Origin: an uncultured Gammaproteobacteria bacterium | GTDB lineage: Bacteria; Pseudomonadota; Gammaproteobacteria; JACCXJ01 | Direction of reading: 5' to 3' | Length of the DNA: 64,000 nt | NCBI GenBank assembly: GCA_963764725.1 | Contig: CAVXTM010000015.1 | Location: 288,001-352,000 of the forward strand | Shown: positions 30,627-41,850 of the stretch, one piece after another | How positions within the stretch are numbered: the first letter of the stretch is position 1 | Layout of the letters: each line of letters opens with the position of its first letter | The notes under the pieces: model-generated | The model's input: only the letters and a program-made list of their open reading frames with translations | Database searches by the model: none | What the model was told of the DNA's origin: nothing | Translations under genes and position numbers: made by a program

Positions 30627-31950
30627 GGGGTACTCCTCAAACCGAAGCTCCCCGCAGCCGTGGTGTAAATGCCAAGCCGCTGGTAAACCCATACCGCAAG
30701 CAGGATATTCCACGTTGCCACGCTGATCGCGGTTGCAATGGCCGCCCCTTCAATCCCCCATACCGGGATCAGTAGGGCGTTCAGTGCTACATTCATCACA
30801 GCGGCTATGCCCACACCTGTAGCGGTGTCGCGCTCATGACCGGTCATGACCAGGAGCAACCCTACAGAGCCCATCCCAGCGTTAATGATTTGCGCTGCAC
30901 TGAGAATAGCGAGTGCCGTTGCTCCAGAGACAAAGTCGGCGCCAAACACCGTCAGCAGGATCCACCGGCTGAAAATGATCATGCTCAGGGCCACAGGCAG
31001 AGAACCTAACAGAACAACACGGGCGCTAATGGTGACAATGCGCTGTAAGCGCTGTAGCTCACCGGCAGTGTAGAGGCTGGAAACGACTGGCCCTAGCGCC
31101 ATATTGGCGGCGGCCAAGACAAACGAGACGAGATCAGCCCCCGCGTAGCCACTTGATAGACGCCGGCAGCTTCGGCGCCTTGCATGGCTCCCACCATAAG
31201 GATGGCCGTCTCATGGTTAATCGCCGCCAGGCTGCCCAGCGCCAGCAGAGGAAGGGCGCTTTTTATCCACGCGCGGGTTTCATAGGTTGGCGCCGTCTCC
31301 TTAACCGCCTGCGGCAACCGCTTGACTAACCACACCGCGCCCACCAAAAAGGCAGCGGCACTAGCGGCCACCTGCATTCCCATAGCCCAGACAGCGGTAA
31401 ACTGGCCGGCGCCCGACAGCAAATAACCGCCCCCAGCTAACAGGATGAATAGGCCAGGTTTGATCAGCGCTTCAGGCAGTTGTCCCAGCAGCACATAGCC
31501 GAGTCCGCGCAGGGTTGCCGTGCGCAGGGCATTCAGGGCCATTAAGGGCAACAGAACCAGGGCCAGCCAGAAAGTCGCAAGCCCTTCGGGCGGGAGGCGG
31601 TCGGCCAGCACCCAGCCGATGACCGCCGCCAGCAGTACCAGTCCCCATGAGATGAGCAGGACCGCTTGATTTGCCTTTAGTAACAGGCCACGCATCAAGG
31701 ACCAAACCGAGCGGCTCTGGTAGGCCGCGATGTAACGAATGATCAAGCTCGGCAGGCCCAGCTTGGCCGGTACGCTTAACAAGTTGACCAGTGCCATGGC
31801 GTAGGCATAGGTACCGTAGTCCGCCGCCCCCAACAGGCGCGCTAAAACGATACTGAGGATGAAACCCAATGCGGTCGCGACAAGTCTCAGGGCAAAACTT
31901 CCTCCGGCTCCGCGAATCAGATAGTCCCGGAGGCTGTGTCTTGCACCCAT
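30623..31950 (-). CDS. Wzx-type polysaccharide flippase, frameshift near 31130
   Basis: LARLLGAADYGTY, AAGVYQVA, NALLIPVWGIEGAA; multi-TM. Confidence 0.85.
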
Positions 31951-32008
31951 ACTAGCCGCTAGAAGCGGACCCCGATTTTTGGACAAAGATCGTACCGCCC
32001 TGATTCGA

Positions 32009-33302
32009 CTATGCAGCAGACAAGTACAGCACCGCATCGCCGCTGAACGGCGCCGTGAACGACTTGCTGCTTCCTCCCGTCACGGAACCGGCCGTCACGG
32101 TCGAGCCCGTACCCGGATTGAACCACTCGACCTTGAGTGATCCCGTGCTCGACGATAAGTTCATCGTCACGGACCCGCCGCTCGGCAGATACACGAGGTA
32201 CTCGGCTCCCGTTGCGCTCGGGTTGGCCAAGCAGTAGCCGGTCGAGGCGAGGCCGTTCTTCGGCGTCATCTTGGCGAGGTTCATCTTCCGGGCGTAGGTG
32301 AGCGTGTGCCCCATTGCCTTGCGGGCACCCTCGTGCGTCGGATCGACATCCAGCGGGTCCATGTAAATGGGATTGAGCCCGCGCGCGAAGCTCTTCCAAA
32401 CCCACTTCCGATCGCCTCCGACGCCCCAGAGGTGGTCCGTGTCGGTGAGGAGGATCTTGGAGCCGTTGGCCGCAGGCGGATTCGATCTATAGTCGCTTCC
32501 GACCTCGTGCCTCGGCGAGATCCAGTCCGCCTTGCTGCTGAACAGCGCCGCGTTCGTGCCGGTGCTCCACTGAAACGTCATCCCGACCGGATGCTGTTTG
32601 GGCTTTCCGGCCTGATGAGCTTTGACGACATCGATCATGTGATACTGAAAGCTCGTCGAGTACGAGCCACGTCTCGTTTGCGATCTCGTAGAGGACGTTG
32701 GGTAGGTCGTTCACGGTGTCGACGACCTTCTTGACGTAGGCTCTCTGAATCGCGGTGACCTTCGGCAGGCTCAGTGTGTGCGTCTCGGTACCCTTACCGT
32801 CGTTGTTGGGATCGCCGTTGATGCCGTTGATGTTGTTGGCGGCGTGAAACGGGTGACCCTTCCAGCGCCAAGCGGAATCCGAGAACTGCATGCCATGGCC
32901 CTCGAACAGCATGATGGAAACGTAAATTCCCTTGTCTCTGGCCTGAATGACGCGCGACCTCAGTCGATCGAAGTACGATTGGTTGAGCTTACTGAGATCG
33001 AATTTGCGCTTGCCGTCGAGCGCAGTACCGGAGCCGGTGCGCGGCCATGGAAACTGGATCGTGTTTCTGATCGGCCCGCCGCGGTAGCTGTAGCGGGCAA
33101 GCTCCCAGGTCCACATGCGCATGAAGTTGTGATTTTTCGACACCAGGAAGCTCAGGTACCCGCTGTAGTTGAAGAGTGGGCCCGGAACGCGGTCTTTCAG
33201 GTTATACCAGATGTGCGATCCGGTCAGATAGATCGCTTTCCCGCTGCCGTCGGTGAAGTACCGCTTGTTGGTCGCGTGGACCTTGAGCGGCCCCGTCGCC
33301 AC
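32009..33302 (-). CDS. DUF4038/DUF6298-like glycoside-hydrolase domain with C-terminal putative collagen-binding domain, frameshift near 32660
   Basis: RYFTDGSGKAIYLTGSH, YFDRLRSRV, NVLYEIANE, DTDHLWG, VEWFNPGTG, APFSGDAVLYL. Confidence 0.75.
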
Positions 33303-34771
33303 GTTGGAGGCGGAAAGGGCGGCGTTCGCATGGTAGGTAAAGGTTCTATCCCGTTGAAATCCGGATTGGGCTAGGTAAAGAGCTGTCCGTGTTCAACATC
33401 GGCGTGTCGTTGGCGAGGATCGCGGGCGCCGGCTTGGTTAAGGTGGTGTTCTTTACTAACGTGTACGAATCATCGGCGGCGTTCGGTGCGACGTTGGCCG
33501 TGATTAGCACCTGGTCCATGTCGGTGAGATCGCCGTCGGTGATATCGAGCCGCAGGAGATACGCCTCGCCACATCAGGCGTGAAGCTCGGCGTGGCGGTC
33601 GTCGCGCCCGATAGATTGGCGTTGGTGATCGCGCTCGTCGGAGGCACGCTCACGAAGGTCCATAGGAAACTCAATGGGCTTGGGCCGTTGTCCGGATCGT
33701 TACTGGCCGTACCGTCGAGCGTCGTCTGATTGCCGAGTTGCACCACGATATCCGATCCGGCGTCGGCATTGGGCGCCACATTGGGCGGCGAGACGGTGAT
33801 TACGACCTCGTCCTGATTGATGTCGGCGCCGTCGTTGGCCTCGAGGCCGCACGCGAAACGCTCCGGGTAGATCCGGGGCGAAGGAGGCGAGCGCGGTGGC
33901 CGCCCCGGTGATGTTGGTATCCGTAGGCGCACCGCCTGGGCGGAACGGCCACGAAGAACCAGCGGAAGGCGAACGGCAAGCGCCGGCGTCGGGGTTGGCG
34001 CTGACCTGGCCGTTGAGGTCAACGATCGGGCCGATGACAGCGGACGGTCTGCACCCCGCGTCGGCGTTCGGCGGCACGTTGGGGGTTGCGGCCGTGACCG
34101 TCACCGTATCACGTTGGTCATCTGCCCGTCGGAAACCTCGATCGCTAACTGCGTAGGGGCCATCGCACATCGGTGGTGAAGCTAGGGGCAGCCGCGGCCG
34201 GATTCGCGAGCGACGCGTTGGTGACCGTGCTCGCGGGCGGCACCGAAAGGAACTGCCACGAGAAGGTCAGTGGATCGCCGTTTGGATCGGAGGAGCTGGA
34301 ACCTATCGAAGGTGACGAGAGCACCTGTCGCCACGTTGAAGTCCAGGCCGGCATCGGCCATCGGCAGCCCGTTTCCGGACTCCACCGTATTCGCACCCGG
34401 GCCGCAGTGGACGTCCGCCGTCGTTGTCCTGGACACTGTAGCGGAAGCGATCGCGACCGAGGAAACCCAGAGCCGGGCTGTACGTCACGGTGCCGTCCCG
34501 GTGGTTTGTTACGCGCTTACCATGCTTGGGTTTCGTGACGATTCTGACCGTGCTTGGGACGAAAGATGCGGCCATCGCGATCCCTATCGTTGGCGATGAC
34601 GTTGATGCGCACGCGCGTATCGAGCGCCGTGGTCGCGGCGTCGTTCTTCGCGATCGGAGCGTTAGCAACCGCATAGGTAGCCGCTGGTACAGAGAGAAAT
34701 AACATGATTCCCAACATCACCGTTGAACCTAAGGTCCTGGCGAAGTTGAGGCGTGCTGTAATACTAAGCAT
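33303..34771 (-). pseudogene. Exported Ig-like (Big_9/PKD) repeat protein, heavily frameshifted
   Basis: Signal peptide, NAPIAKNDAATT, PKHG..DGTVTYSP, repeated PNADAG..LDG..S.DPD..PL.F.W..VP motifs scattered across frames. Confidence 0.7.
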
Positions 34772-35112
34772 TAAGTACCCCCTTGATTACGTATATGTGC
34801 TTAGCGAAACGCCCAGCACACAGGAGGTACTGTTTGATCGCCTGGCAACCCTGCGGCCATGCCCCCCATTCATTAGGGGTTTAGGCCAGTAGCTTTGCGT
34901 CCCATCCTTTCAGATGGTTTGCCTTTTTCAGTGCTCTCGATTTCTTTGAGGGTGTTGATCCAGCTCGCGAGAACATCGCTCGAACGCCCGAATCTATCGA
35001 CCCTCGCTTCTCAGGCTTTAATAGCGGCTCCTGGGACGTTGTCCAATGACCACCATGCTGACACAGAGCAGCTGAACGTCATTCTGAAACGACTCTACCC
35101 AGCCCGACTTCC

Positions 35113-35530
35113 ACGCGCCGTGCAAAAGCATGGTCTTTCAGTGGGTGTGATTCCAACCAGGTAACTATAGCTATAGTCAGTAGTAATAAAATCAGTCGTG
35201 AAGGTAACCAAGCGGCTGAAACCTGCGGTGTAGAGGGTCACTATGGGTGATCTGGCAGGTATGCAAGCCGTAACGTGAGTGAACGCCGAATAAGTCTCGA
35301 AAAGGGTGATTCGGAAGCCGACGCAGCCGCCAATTCTGGGAAGACTGCTATTTCTGTGGAAGAGATAGAGGTAGGCATCCATGGATTCCGCCGGGGTATT
35401 GGCGACAGCATCCATACAAGGGGAAGTGCAACACGGGAAGCCCATCGTGTGGTTCGGGCGTGAGAAGCAAATCGACCGCCCGTGGCCCGTGCAACCCCAG
35501 TCCGTAGCCCCAACCGCGGCCCGCGAGCAC
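35113..35530 (+). mobile_element. Group II intron 5' remnant (domain I region), no RT ORF
   Basis: GCGCCGTG..CAGTGGGTG..; GGTAACCAAGCGGCTGAAACC; GCAAGCCGTAACGTGAGTGAACGCCGAATAAGTCTCG..GGAAGCCGAC; GGATTCCGCCGGGGTA..GGCGACAGCAT..AACACGGGAAGCCC resemble bacterial group II intron 5' sequences (recognised by eye). Confidence 0.6.
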
Positions 35531-35649
35531 CCCACGATACCGGTCAGGAATCAGTTGCAAAATGGCATTGGATTTTTTATCCTGCCTAATGTGAGGGGTT
35601 AAGCGGCCGTTGCCGAGGCGACTCAGGGAGTACCACTATTTCGAATGGG

Positions 35650-36105
35650 TGACGGGCCGCACCTGAAATATGTGGGCATAGGCTTCCATTACGCGTAGCT
35701 CTCGCCCTACTACGCGCTTTTTCCGGTCGAGGCCGCCCAGGTCCATTTGCACGAGGACTTCGTGGTGGACGCACCCGGGCTTGATTCGCCGTGTGTTCGA
35801 GTTTCTGGGCGTGTACGATAAATTCGAACCCGATATGCGCGGAAAACTCAACCAGGGCCACTCGGACAAGATCTTGGCCATGCATCAATTTTTTGCGAAA
35901 GACAGTCCGGTCAAGCTGCTCGTACGTTCGGTATTGGCGGGCGGATGGCTCCAGAATGAAAGGGAGGATGCAGGCCGCCAATCGGCTGCCGCGGCCGGAG
36001 CTCACGCCGGAGATGCACGAAAGGCTGGTTACCGTATACCGGAACGACATCTTGCGTTTCCAGAACATGATCGGCCGGGATCTGTCCGCGTGGCTGCGGC
36101 CGTAG
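35650..36105 (+). pseudogene. Sulfotransferase C-terminal remnant
   Basis: LHEDF..IRRVFEFLGV..FEP and RPELTPE..RL...YRNDILRFQNMIGRDLSAW; internal stop and frameshift. Confidence 0.7.
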
Positions 36106-36131
36106 CCCGCAAACGGTGGCCGATCGTGACG

Positions 36132-36420
36132 ATGCCGACCTTTCTGATTATCAGCGCCCAGAAGGCCGGCACGACCTCGATGTACGAGTACCTGTGGCAG
36201 GACCCCGACATTTTCATGAGTGCGGTGAAGGAGCCCTGGCACTTCGCCTCGCACGCGAGGAGGCGATGGACGGAACCAGGCGATGATTACATCCGCGCCG
36301 GCTACTTGGCCCTGGCCCGCGTGGAGGATTACGAAGCGCTGTTTGAGGGAGGAACGCACGCGCTGGCACGCGGGGAAGCCAGCACGATTTACCTGCTGAC
36401 CGAAGGTTGCGCGGAGCGCA
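36132..36420 (+). pseudogene. Sulfotransferase N-terminal remnant
   Basis: MPTFLIISAQKAGTTS...KEPWHF...GEASTIY, then breaks off. Confidence 0.75.
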
Positions 36421-36500
36421 TGGTTCGCAACGGTCATCTGCCTGGCGGACGATACAGACCGGTGTGGGGGCTGTGGAAGTGAAGATGCCGCGGGTTCGAC
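36420..36500 (+). mobile_element. IS256-family transposase scar
   Basis: VRNGHLP / RTIQTGVGAVEVKMPRVR matches the IS256 N-terminal motif. Confidence 0.6.
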
Positions 36501-36584
36501 TATTTCTCGAGGCCCAGGCTTTACTACCTTCTTTCAGACTCATCTTTGAATTAGAAAATACTCAGTCCACCTCGTTCTGGAATT

Positions 36585-39500
36585 GTGAAGAAGAACAAAC
36601 GCTTTCTTAGTCCAACTATTGAGTCTTCCACGATAGTTGAACTCCTTCGCTGGAGAGCGCTTTTACAGCCCGAACAGCGAGCCTATACTTTTCTCGTTGA
36701 TGGGAAGGTAGAAGGACCAAACCTGACTTATGCAGAACTCGATTGTAAAGCCCGAAGCATTGGTGCCTTGCTCCAACAGCATAGAGCGCCAGGGGAGCGG
36801 GCTCTGCTGCTCTACCCCCAAGGTGTGGAGGTCATAGCTGCTTTTTGCGGTTGCCTTTACGGTGGGGCGATCGCCATCCCTGTGCCTCCACCCGAAGCGA
36901 GTAGAGTAAAGCGAACCCTGCCTAGACTTCAGGCGATCATCAAGGATGCCCAAGCCTCGTTTGTCCTGACTACGTCCACAATTCTATCCCTAGTTGAGGA
37001 ATTTCGAGAGCAGATTCCTGAATTCCAGGCTATGCGCTGGATAGACACCGAGCAGGTTGGTCTGGAACTGGCGGAGGAATGGCAAGATCCAGCAGTTAGC
37101 AGCGATATGCTGGCTTACCTCCAATACACCTCAGGTTCCACCGCTACCCCCAAGGGTGTGATGATCAGCCATGGAAACGTAATGTTCCACTCTGCGTACC
37201 TTAAAAAGGCATGCGGGTACACACCCGATAGCATAACTGTGACGTGGATGCCTTACTTCCATGATTATGGACTGGTTGAAGGACTGATCCAACCTCTATA
37301 CAACGGTACCCCGTGCTTTGCGATGTCGCCCCTTGCATTTATCAAGCGACCGATTCATTGGCTCCAGGCAATTTCCCGATATAAGGGAACCCATAGCCAA
37401 GCCCCGAACTTTGCCTACGAGCACTGCGTTCGCAAGATCTCACCAGAACAACGCTCTACCTTAGACCTTAGCTGTTGGCGTGCAGCAGGCAACGCCGCAG
37501 AGCCAATCAACCCGAAGGTAATGGAGAGTTTCTTCGCAGCCTTTGAACCGTGTGGTTTCCGCTGGAACGCCTTTTGTCCTGCTTATGGACTTGCCGAGGA
37601 CACTCTGTTAGTTTCTTCGAGTCAGCAAACTGCGGCGCCCGTTTTGTGCAAGCTCGATGCGGCAGCGCTGGAAAAAAATCGGATTGTTGACGCCAACAAA
37701 CACGACAGCGTTGCGCGGACGGTAGTGGGATGTGGTCGCCTGGTTTGCGATACAAAGGTAGCTATCGTTGATCCAGAAACGTTGATCCAATGTGCGCCCG
37801 ATGAAGTCGGTGAGATTTGGGTGTCAGATCCTAGTGTCGCTCAAGGCTATTGGAATCGACTCGAAGAGACAGAATGCACCTTTCGGGCACACTTGGCAGA
37901 CACAGGCGAAGGTCCCTTTCTCCGCACCGGCGATCTGGGATTCATGAAAGATGGTGAGCTATTTATCACTGGTCGCATCAAAGATTTGATCATTATTAGA
38001 GGCACTAATCATTATCCTCAAGACATTGAGTGGACAGTGCAGCGGAGTCACCCAGCACTAAGACATGAACATGGAGCAGCGTTTTCGGTTGTAGATGGCG
38101 AGGAGCGACTGGTAGTTGCTCAGGAAATCGAGCGTCGTTACCCGAATTTGAACTTCGATGAGGTATTTGAGACAGTTTGCCAGACGGTGGCGGACCATCA
38201 CGAGTTGGCAGTTTATGCCATATTGCTGCTTAAAACTGGCAGCATTCTTAAGACTTCCAGTGGGAAGATCCAGCGCAAGGCTTGCCGGGCCAGCTTTCTG
38301 GATGGAAGCTTAGATGTTATAGGGACTTGGACTGCAAACAAGGTTACAAAACCAGGAGGGGGTACTGTGCCAATGCCACCTGCACCAGACATTCGCACCC
38401 ATGGTGCTACAGATATCTTAACCGATTCATCTGTCAGGATTACGGATGTCACCGCAGAACAGGGCATAAGCAGAGAGCGTGCTGACGCTATCATTGACTG
38501 GCTTCGCACTTATGCAAATGAGCGGCTCAACTCCGGACTGATTGATAAGCGCCGTTGTATACCCCCCTACGTGGTACTCGACTTTGGAAATCGCGGCATA
38601 CTCGGGATGCAAATCCCTGAAAAATACGGAGGGACTGCCCTAAGAAACCTCGATGCTATGCGCGTTGTCGAACAGCTCGCAGCCATAGATCTGACACTTG
38701 CTACATTCGTTGTCAACAATGATTTTCTTGGGATTCGCCCGATCCAGCGCTATGCTACCGAAACCGCACGCGATGAGCTTCTCCCTATCCTTGCCAAAGG
38801 TCGCGAGCTTGCGGCATTCGCACTGACAGAGCCAGACGCTGGTTCAAATCCCCAAGCGATCTCAGCAACAGGAGTCGCGGACGCTACAGGTGGCTGGCGA
38901 TTACACGGTACTAAGGTTTGGAGTGGCTCTGCTGCATGGGCAGGTGTGATCAATGTCTTTGTCAAACTCGTTGATGCCAACAACAAATCAAGCGGCATCG
39001 CCGGTTTTGCTGTGCGTCAGGGAACAGCTGGCTTGCGTCCGGGACCTGAATCGCTGACGATGGGGATGCGTGGCATGGTGCAAAACTTCATCCACCTCAA
39101 CGACGTTCGAGTAGGTTCGGTCCATGTGCTAGGCGAACCCAGAGCTGGGATGGAAGCTGCCCAAGATGCGATGCTGTATACCCGTCTGGCCATTGGAGCA
39201 ATGTGTGTCGGCGGGATGAAGCGCTGCGCGCAGTTGATGCTCCGCTATGCAACGCGTCGTGACATCGGTACAGGACGTCTGCTGGACAACCCAGTCACAC
39301 TGACACGCTTGAGTGACCTCACAGCAGCGATCGCGGCATTTGAAACGCTTGTTGCTCGGATTGCCGAGTTACTTGACGATGGCTATTTGGTTCCGGCGGA
39401 GGCGTATGTCGCCTGCAAGACAGCCGGTCCGGAATTGCTTTGGAAGGCTGCTGACAATCTCGTTCAGCTTTTGGGAGGTCGCGGGTATATAGAGACGAAT

Positions 39501-40064
39501 ATTGCTGCCCAAATCCTGCGCGATGCTAGAGTATTTCGGATTTTTGAAGGTCCCACCGAGACCTTAAATATGTTCCTTGGCTCACGCCTGCTCCACCGAA
39601 GCGCCGAACTGCATCAGTTCCTGTGCAATGGTCTCGGCGCTCCTGCCGTCTCAGACAGTTTGAGAGATGCTGCGGAACGAATTCAGGCACGGTGGTGGTC
39701 AGAGCCAACTGCTCCTTCCTCAGACGGTCCTTCTGCCCTACGTTGGGCTTCCATGCTCATCGGTGAAGTTGCTACATCCGCAATTCTGCTAGCAGCAGTG
39801 CAGGGAGGGGTTAAGCGCACGCCATCAAACCAGCTGCGTCGTGCTGTTGAATGGGCACGATGCCAGTTCGACCAGACCCTTGAGCGAGCCCTTACTGGCA
39901 CACCCGTTGAACCTGTGCTGCTTAACGCCAATGAAGCTACGGCTCTTATATCCAGCTATGCTGAAACAATCGGAGATCTCGAACAAACCCTCGCGGGTGA
40001 AGATCGTGCATTAGACGAGCTACTACGGCGCGAAGAAACAACGCGTGAAGGAAGAGGAACATGA
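36585..40064 (+). CDS. Fatty acyl-AMP ligase fused to acyl-CoA/ACP dehydrogenase
   Basis: AYLQYTSGSTATPKGV, YGLAE, FLRTGDLGF, KTSSGKIQR; then AFALTEPDAGS, GTKVWS, LLGGRGY, RIFEGPTE. Confidence 0.92.
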   Translation: MKKNKRFLSPTIESSTIVELLRWRALLQPEQRAYTFLVDGKVEGPNLTYAELDCKARSIGALLQQHRAPGERALLLYPQGVEVIAAFCGCLYGGAIAIPVPPPEASRVKRTLPRLQAIIKDAQASFVLTTSTILSLVEEFREQIPEFQAMRWIDTEQVGLELAEEWQDPAVSSDMLAYLQYTSGSTATPKGVMISHGNVMFHSAYLKKACGYTPDSITVTWMPYFHDYGLVEGLIQPLYNGTPCFAMSPLAFIKRPIHWLQAISRYKGTHSQAPNFAYEHCVRKISPEQRSTLDLSCWRAAGNAAEPINPKVMESFFAAFEPCGFRWNAFCPAYGLAEDTLLVSSSQQTAAPVLCKLDAAALEKNRIVDANKHDSVARTVVGCGRLVCDTKVAIVDPETLIQCAPDEVGEIWVSDPSVAQGYWNRLEETECTFRAHLADTGEGPFLRTGDLGFMKDGELFITGRIKDLIIIRGTNHYPQDIEWTVQRSHPALRHEHGAAFSVVDGEERLVVAQEIERRYPNLNFDEVFETVCQTVADHHELAVYAILLLKTGSILKTSSGKIQRKACRASFLDGSLDVIGTWTANKVTKPGGGTVPMPPAPDIRTHGATDILTDSSVRITDVTAEQGISRERADAIIDWLRTYANERLNSGLIDKRRCIPPYVVLDFGNRGILGMQIPEKYGGTALRNLDAMRVVEQLAAIDLTLATFVVNNDFLGIRPIQRYATETARDELLPILAKGRELAAFALTEPDAGSNPQAISATGVADATGGWRLHGTKVWSGSAAWAGVINVFVKLVDANNKSSGIAGFAVRQGTAGLRPGPESLTMGMRGMVQNFIHLNDVRVGSVHVLGEPRAGMEAAQDAMLYTRLAIGAMCVGGMKRCAQLMLRYATRRDIGTGRLLDNPVTLTRLSDLTAAIAAFETLVARIAELLDDGYLVPAEAYVACKTAGPELLWKAADNLVQLLGGRGYIETNIAAQILRDARVFRIFEGPTETLNMFLGSRLLHRSAELHQFLCNGLGAPAVSDSLRDAAERIQARWWSEPTAPSSDGPSALRWASMLIGEVATSAILLAAVQGGVKRTPSNQLRRAVEWARCQFDQTLERALTGTPVEPVLLNANEATALISSYAETIGDLEQTLAGEDRALDELLRREETTREGRGT

Positions 40065-40531
40065 GAGAACCAAGAGACAAGGAGGCAAGGGGACAAGGGG
40101 AATCTTCATCAATCCTCTCCCCATCCTCCCATCCTCCCTTTTCTAGCCATACCGTCGAGTCCATTGAAACCTGGCTAGCAAGATGGGTTTCTGATGAACT
40201 AAAAATAGTGCTCACTTCGATTGACACGCGCAAGTCCTTTTTCTTTTACGGTCTCGATTCAGTGACGGCTATCGGGCTTTCATCTGACCTCGAGGTTTGG
40301 CTTGGACGCCAGCTTTCTCCCGCTCTGGCGTGGAATTATCCTACCATCGAGACCCTTGCCCAGCATTTAGCTCAGGAAAGCGATGTTAGGGAGGACGAGT
40401 ATAAAGATAGCCAGGCCAATGTAATCGACAAAATCAACCAGGGAAAGGCGGAACAATCATTGGCTAACCTCTCCGATGAAGAAGTGGATTCCTTGCTAAG
40501 TCAGATGTTAGCGGAGGAAGGTGATTCATGA
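40061..40531 (+). CDS. Acyl carrier protein with C-terminal docking helix
   Basis: GLDSV phosphopantetheine site, WNYPTIETLA; LSDEEVDSLL tail. Confidence 0.9.
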   Translation: MREPRDKEARGQGESSSILSPSSHPPFSSHTVESIETWLARWVSDELKIVLTSIDTRKSFFFYGLDSVTAIGLSSDLEVWLGRQLSPALAWNYPTIETLAQHLAQESDVREDEYKDSQANVIDKINQGKAEQSLANLSDEEVDSLLSQMLAEEGDS

Positions 40532-41850
40532 GTGACATCTCTAAACGTACCGCTGATCTTTCGCCGGAGGAAAAGCGCGCACTTCTAGCGCAACTGCTGC
40601 AGAAAAAGGCTAGCCAGTCGAGCGAGGCCCTTGCGGAGAATGTAGCCAAGGAGAGCGATAGTTCTTCGCTGCCAGCGACGCCAGCTCAGGCAAGACTTGA
40701 GCGGGAAAGAACTGTCGCACCAGTTGATGGGCCACAAGCAAAGGGTCCGGACGGCAAACAGCCTCTCCCCACGCCGGTTAAAGGCATGCAATTCAGCCTG
40801 CTTTACTTCTCCAGCAACGAGTCTAAGTTTATAGATAACAAGTATCAACTGTTGCTGGAAGGAGCAAAGTTCGCCGATCAACATGGCTTTACTGCCGTTT
40901 GGACACCAGAACGTCATTTTCATGCCTTTGGTGGCATCTACCCCAATCCGTCCGTCTTATGCGCCGCGCTCGCCATGGTGACCGAGCGAATCCGCTTACG
41001 AGCTGGCAGTGTTGTCATGCCTCTACAGAATCCAATTCGAGTTGCTGAAGAATGGTCTGTGGTAGATAACTTGTCACAAGGCAGAGTAGACATTGCCTTT
41101 GCTAGAGGTTGGAATGTGCAGGACTTTGTCCTTTGGCCGCAGCACTACGCCAACAGTAGAGAAGTCCTGTTTTCAGGGGTTAAAACCGTGCAAAAGCTTT
41201 GGCGGGGTGAGGCAATCTTAGTACCCGATGGCGTTGGGAAAGAGACCGAGATCAAAATTTACCCCTTGCCCAAGCAGCCCGAATTGCCTATTTGGATCAC
41301 CAGTAGCGGTAGTAAAGAAACGTTTATTGAGGCGGGTGCCTTTGGATACCACGTCTTGACTGCCCTTCTTTTCCAAGAGATTGAAGAATTGACCGAAAAA
41401 TTAGCCCTCTATCGCGACTCCAGGGCGAAACATGGGTACGACCCCCAAACTGGTCATGTCACTCTAATGCTGCATACATTTGTCGGCGAAGACATAGATG
41501 TTGTTCGCGACAAGGTGCGAGGGCCGTTTACAGAATATCTCAAAACTTCTGTTGACTTGTGGCGTCGTGGCTCTAAGAGTGTTGGCGAGTTGAGCGAAAG
41601 AGAGCGGGAAAAACTTGTGGCTTACGCATTTGAGCGTTACTCTCGTACTAACGCCTTATTTGGGACACCAAGCACATGCTTAGAAATGGTCAATCGACTA
41701 AAGGAAATTGGTGTCGATGAAATTGCTTGTTTAATCGACTTTGGAGTCGACGTAGATTCGGTTCTGGCAAGTCTTTACTCCCTAAATATGCTTAGAGAGC
41801 GGTTTAATAGGGAGTTTCAGATGTTAGCAGCGGAGGAAGTTAACTCATGA
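40528..41850 (+). CDS. MupA/Atu3671-type luciferase-like FMN monooxygenase with N-terminal docking peptide
   Basis: FSLLYFS, AVWTPERHFHAFGG.YPNPSV, RVAEEWSVVDNLS.GRV, GVDEIACLIDFG. Confidence 0.9.
   Translation: MSDISKRTADLSPEEKRALLAQLLQKKASQSSEALAENVAKESDSSSLPATPAQARLERERTVAPVDGPQAKGPDGKQPLPTPVKGMQFSLLYFSSNESKFIDNKYQLLLEGAKFADQHGFTAVWTPERHFHAFGGIYPNPSVLCAALAMVTERIRLRAGSVVMPLQNPIRVAEEWSVVDNLSQGRVDIAFARGWNVQDFVLWPQHYANSREVLFSGVKTVQKLWRGEAILVPDGVGKETEIKIYPLPKQPELPIWITSSGSKETFIEAGAFGYHVLTALLFQEIEELTEKLALYRDSRAKHGYDPQTGHVTLMLHTFVGEDIDVVRDKVRGPFTEYLKTSVDLWRRGSKSVGELSEREREKLVAYAFERYSRTNALFGTPSTCLEMVNRLKEIGVDEIACLIDFGVDVDSVLASLYSLNMLRERFNREFQMLAAEEVNS

Noticed and set aside
35095-35602. Small ORFs in the intergenic region
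   Set aside because: They overlap the putative group II intron RNA and lack protein motifs.
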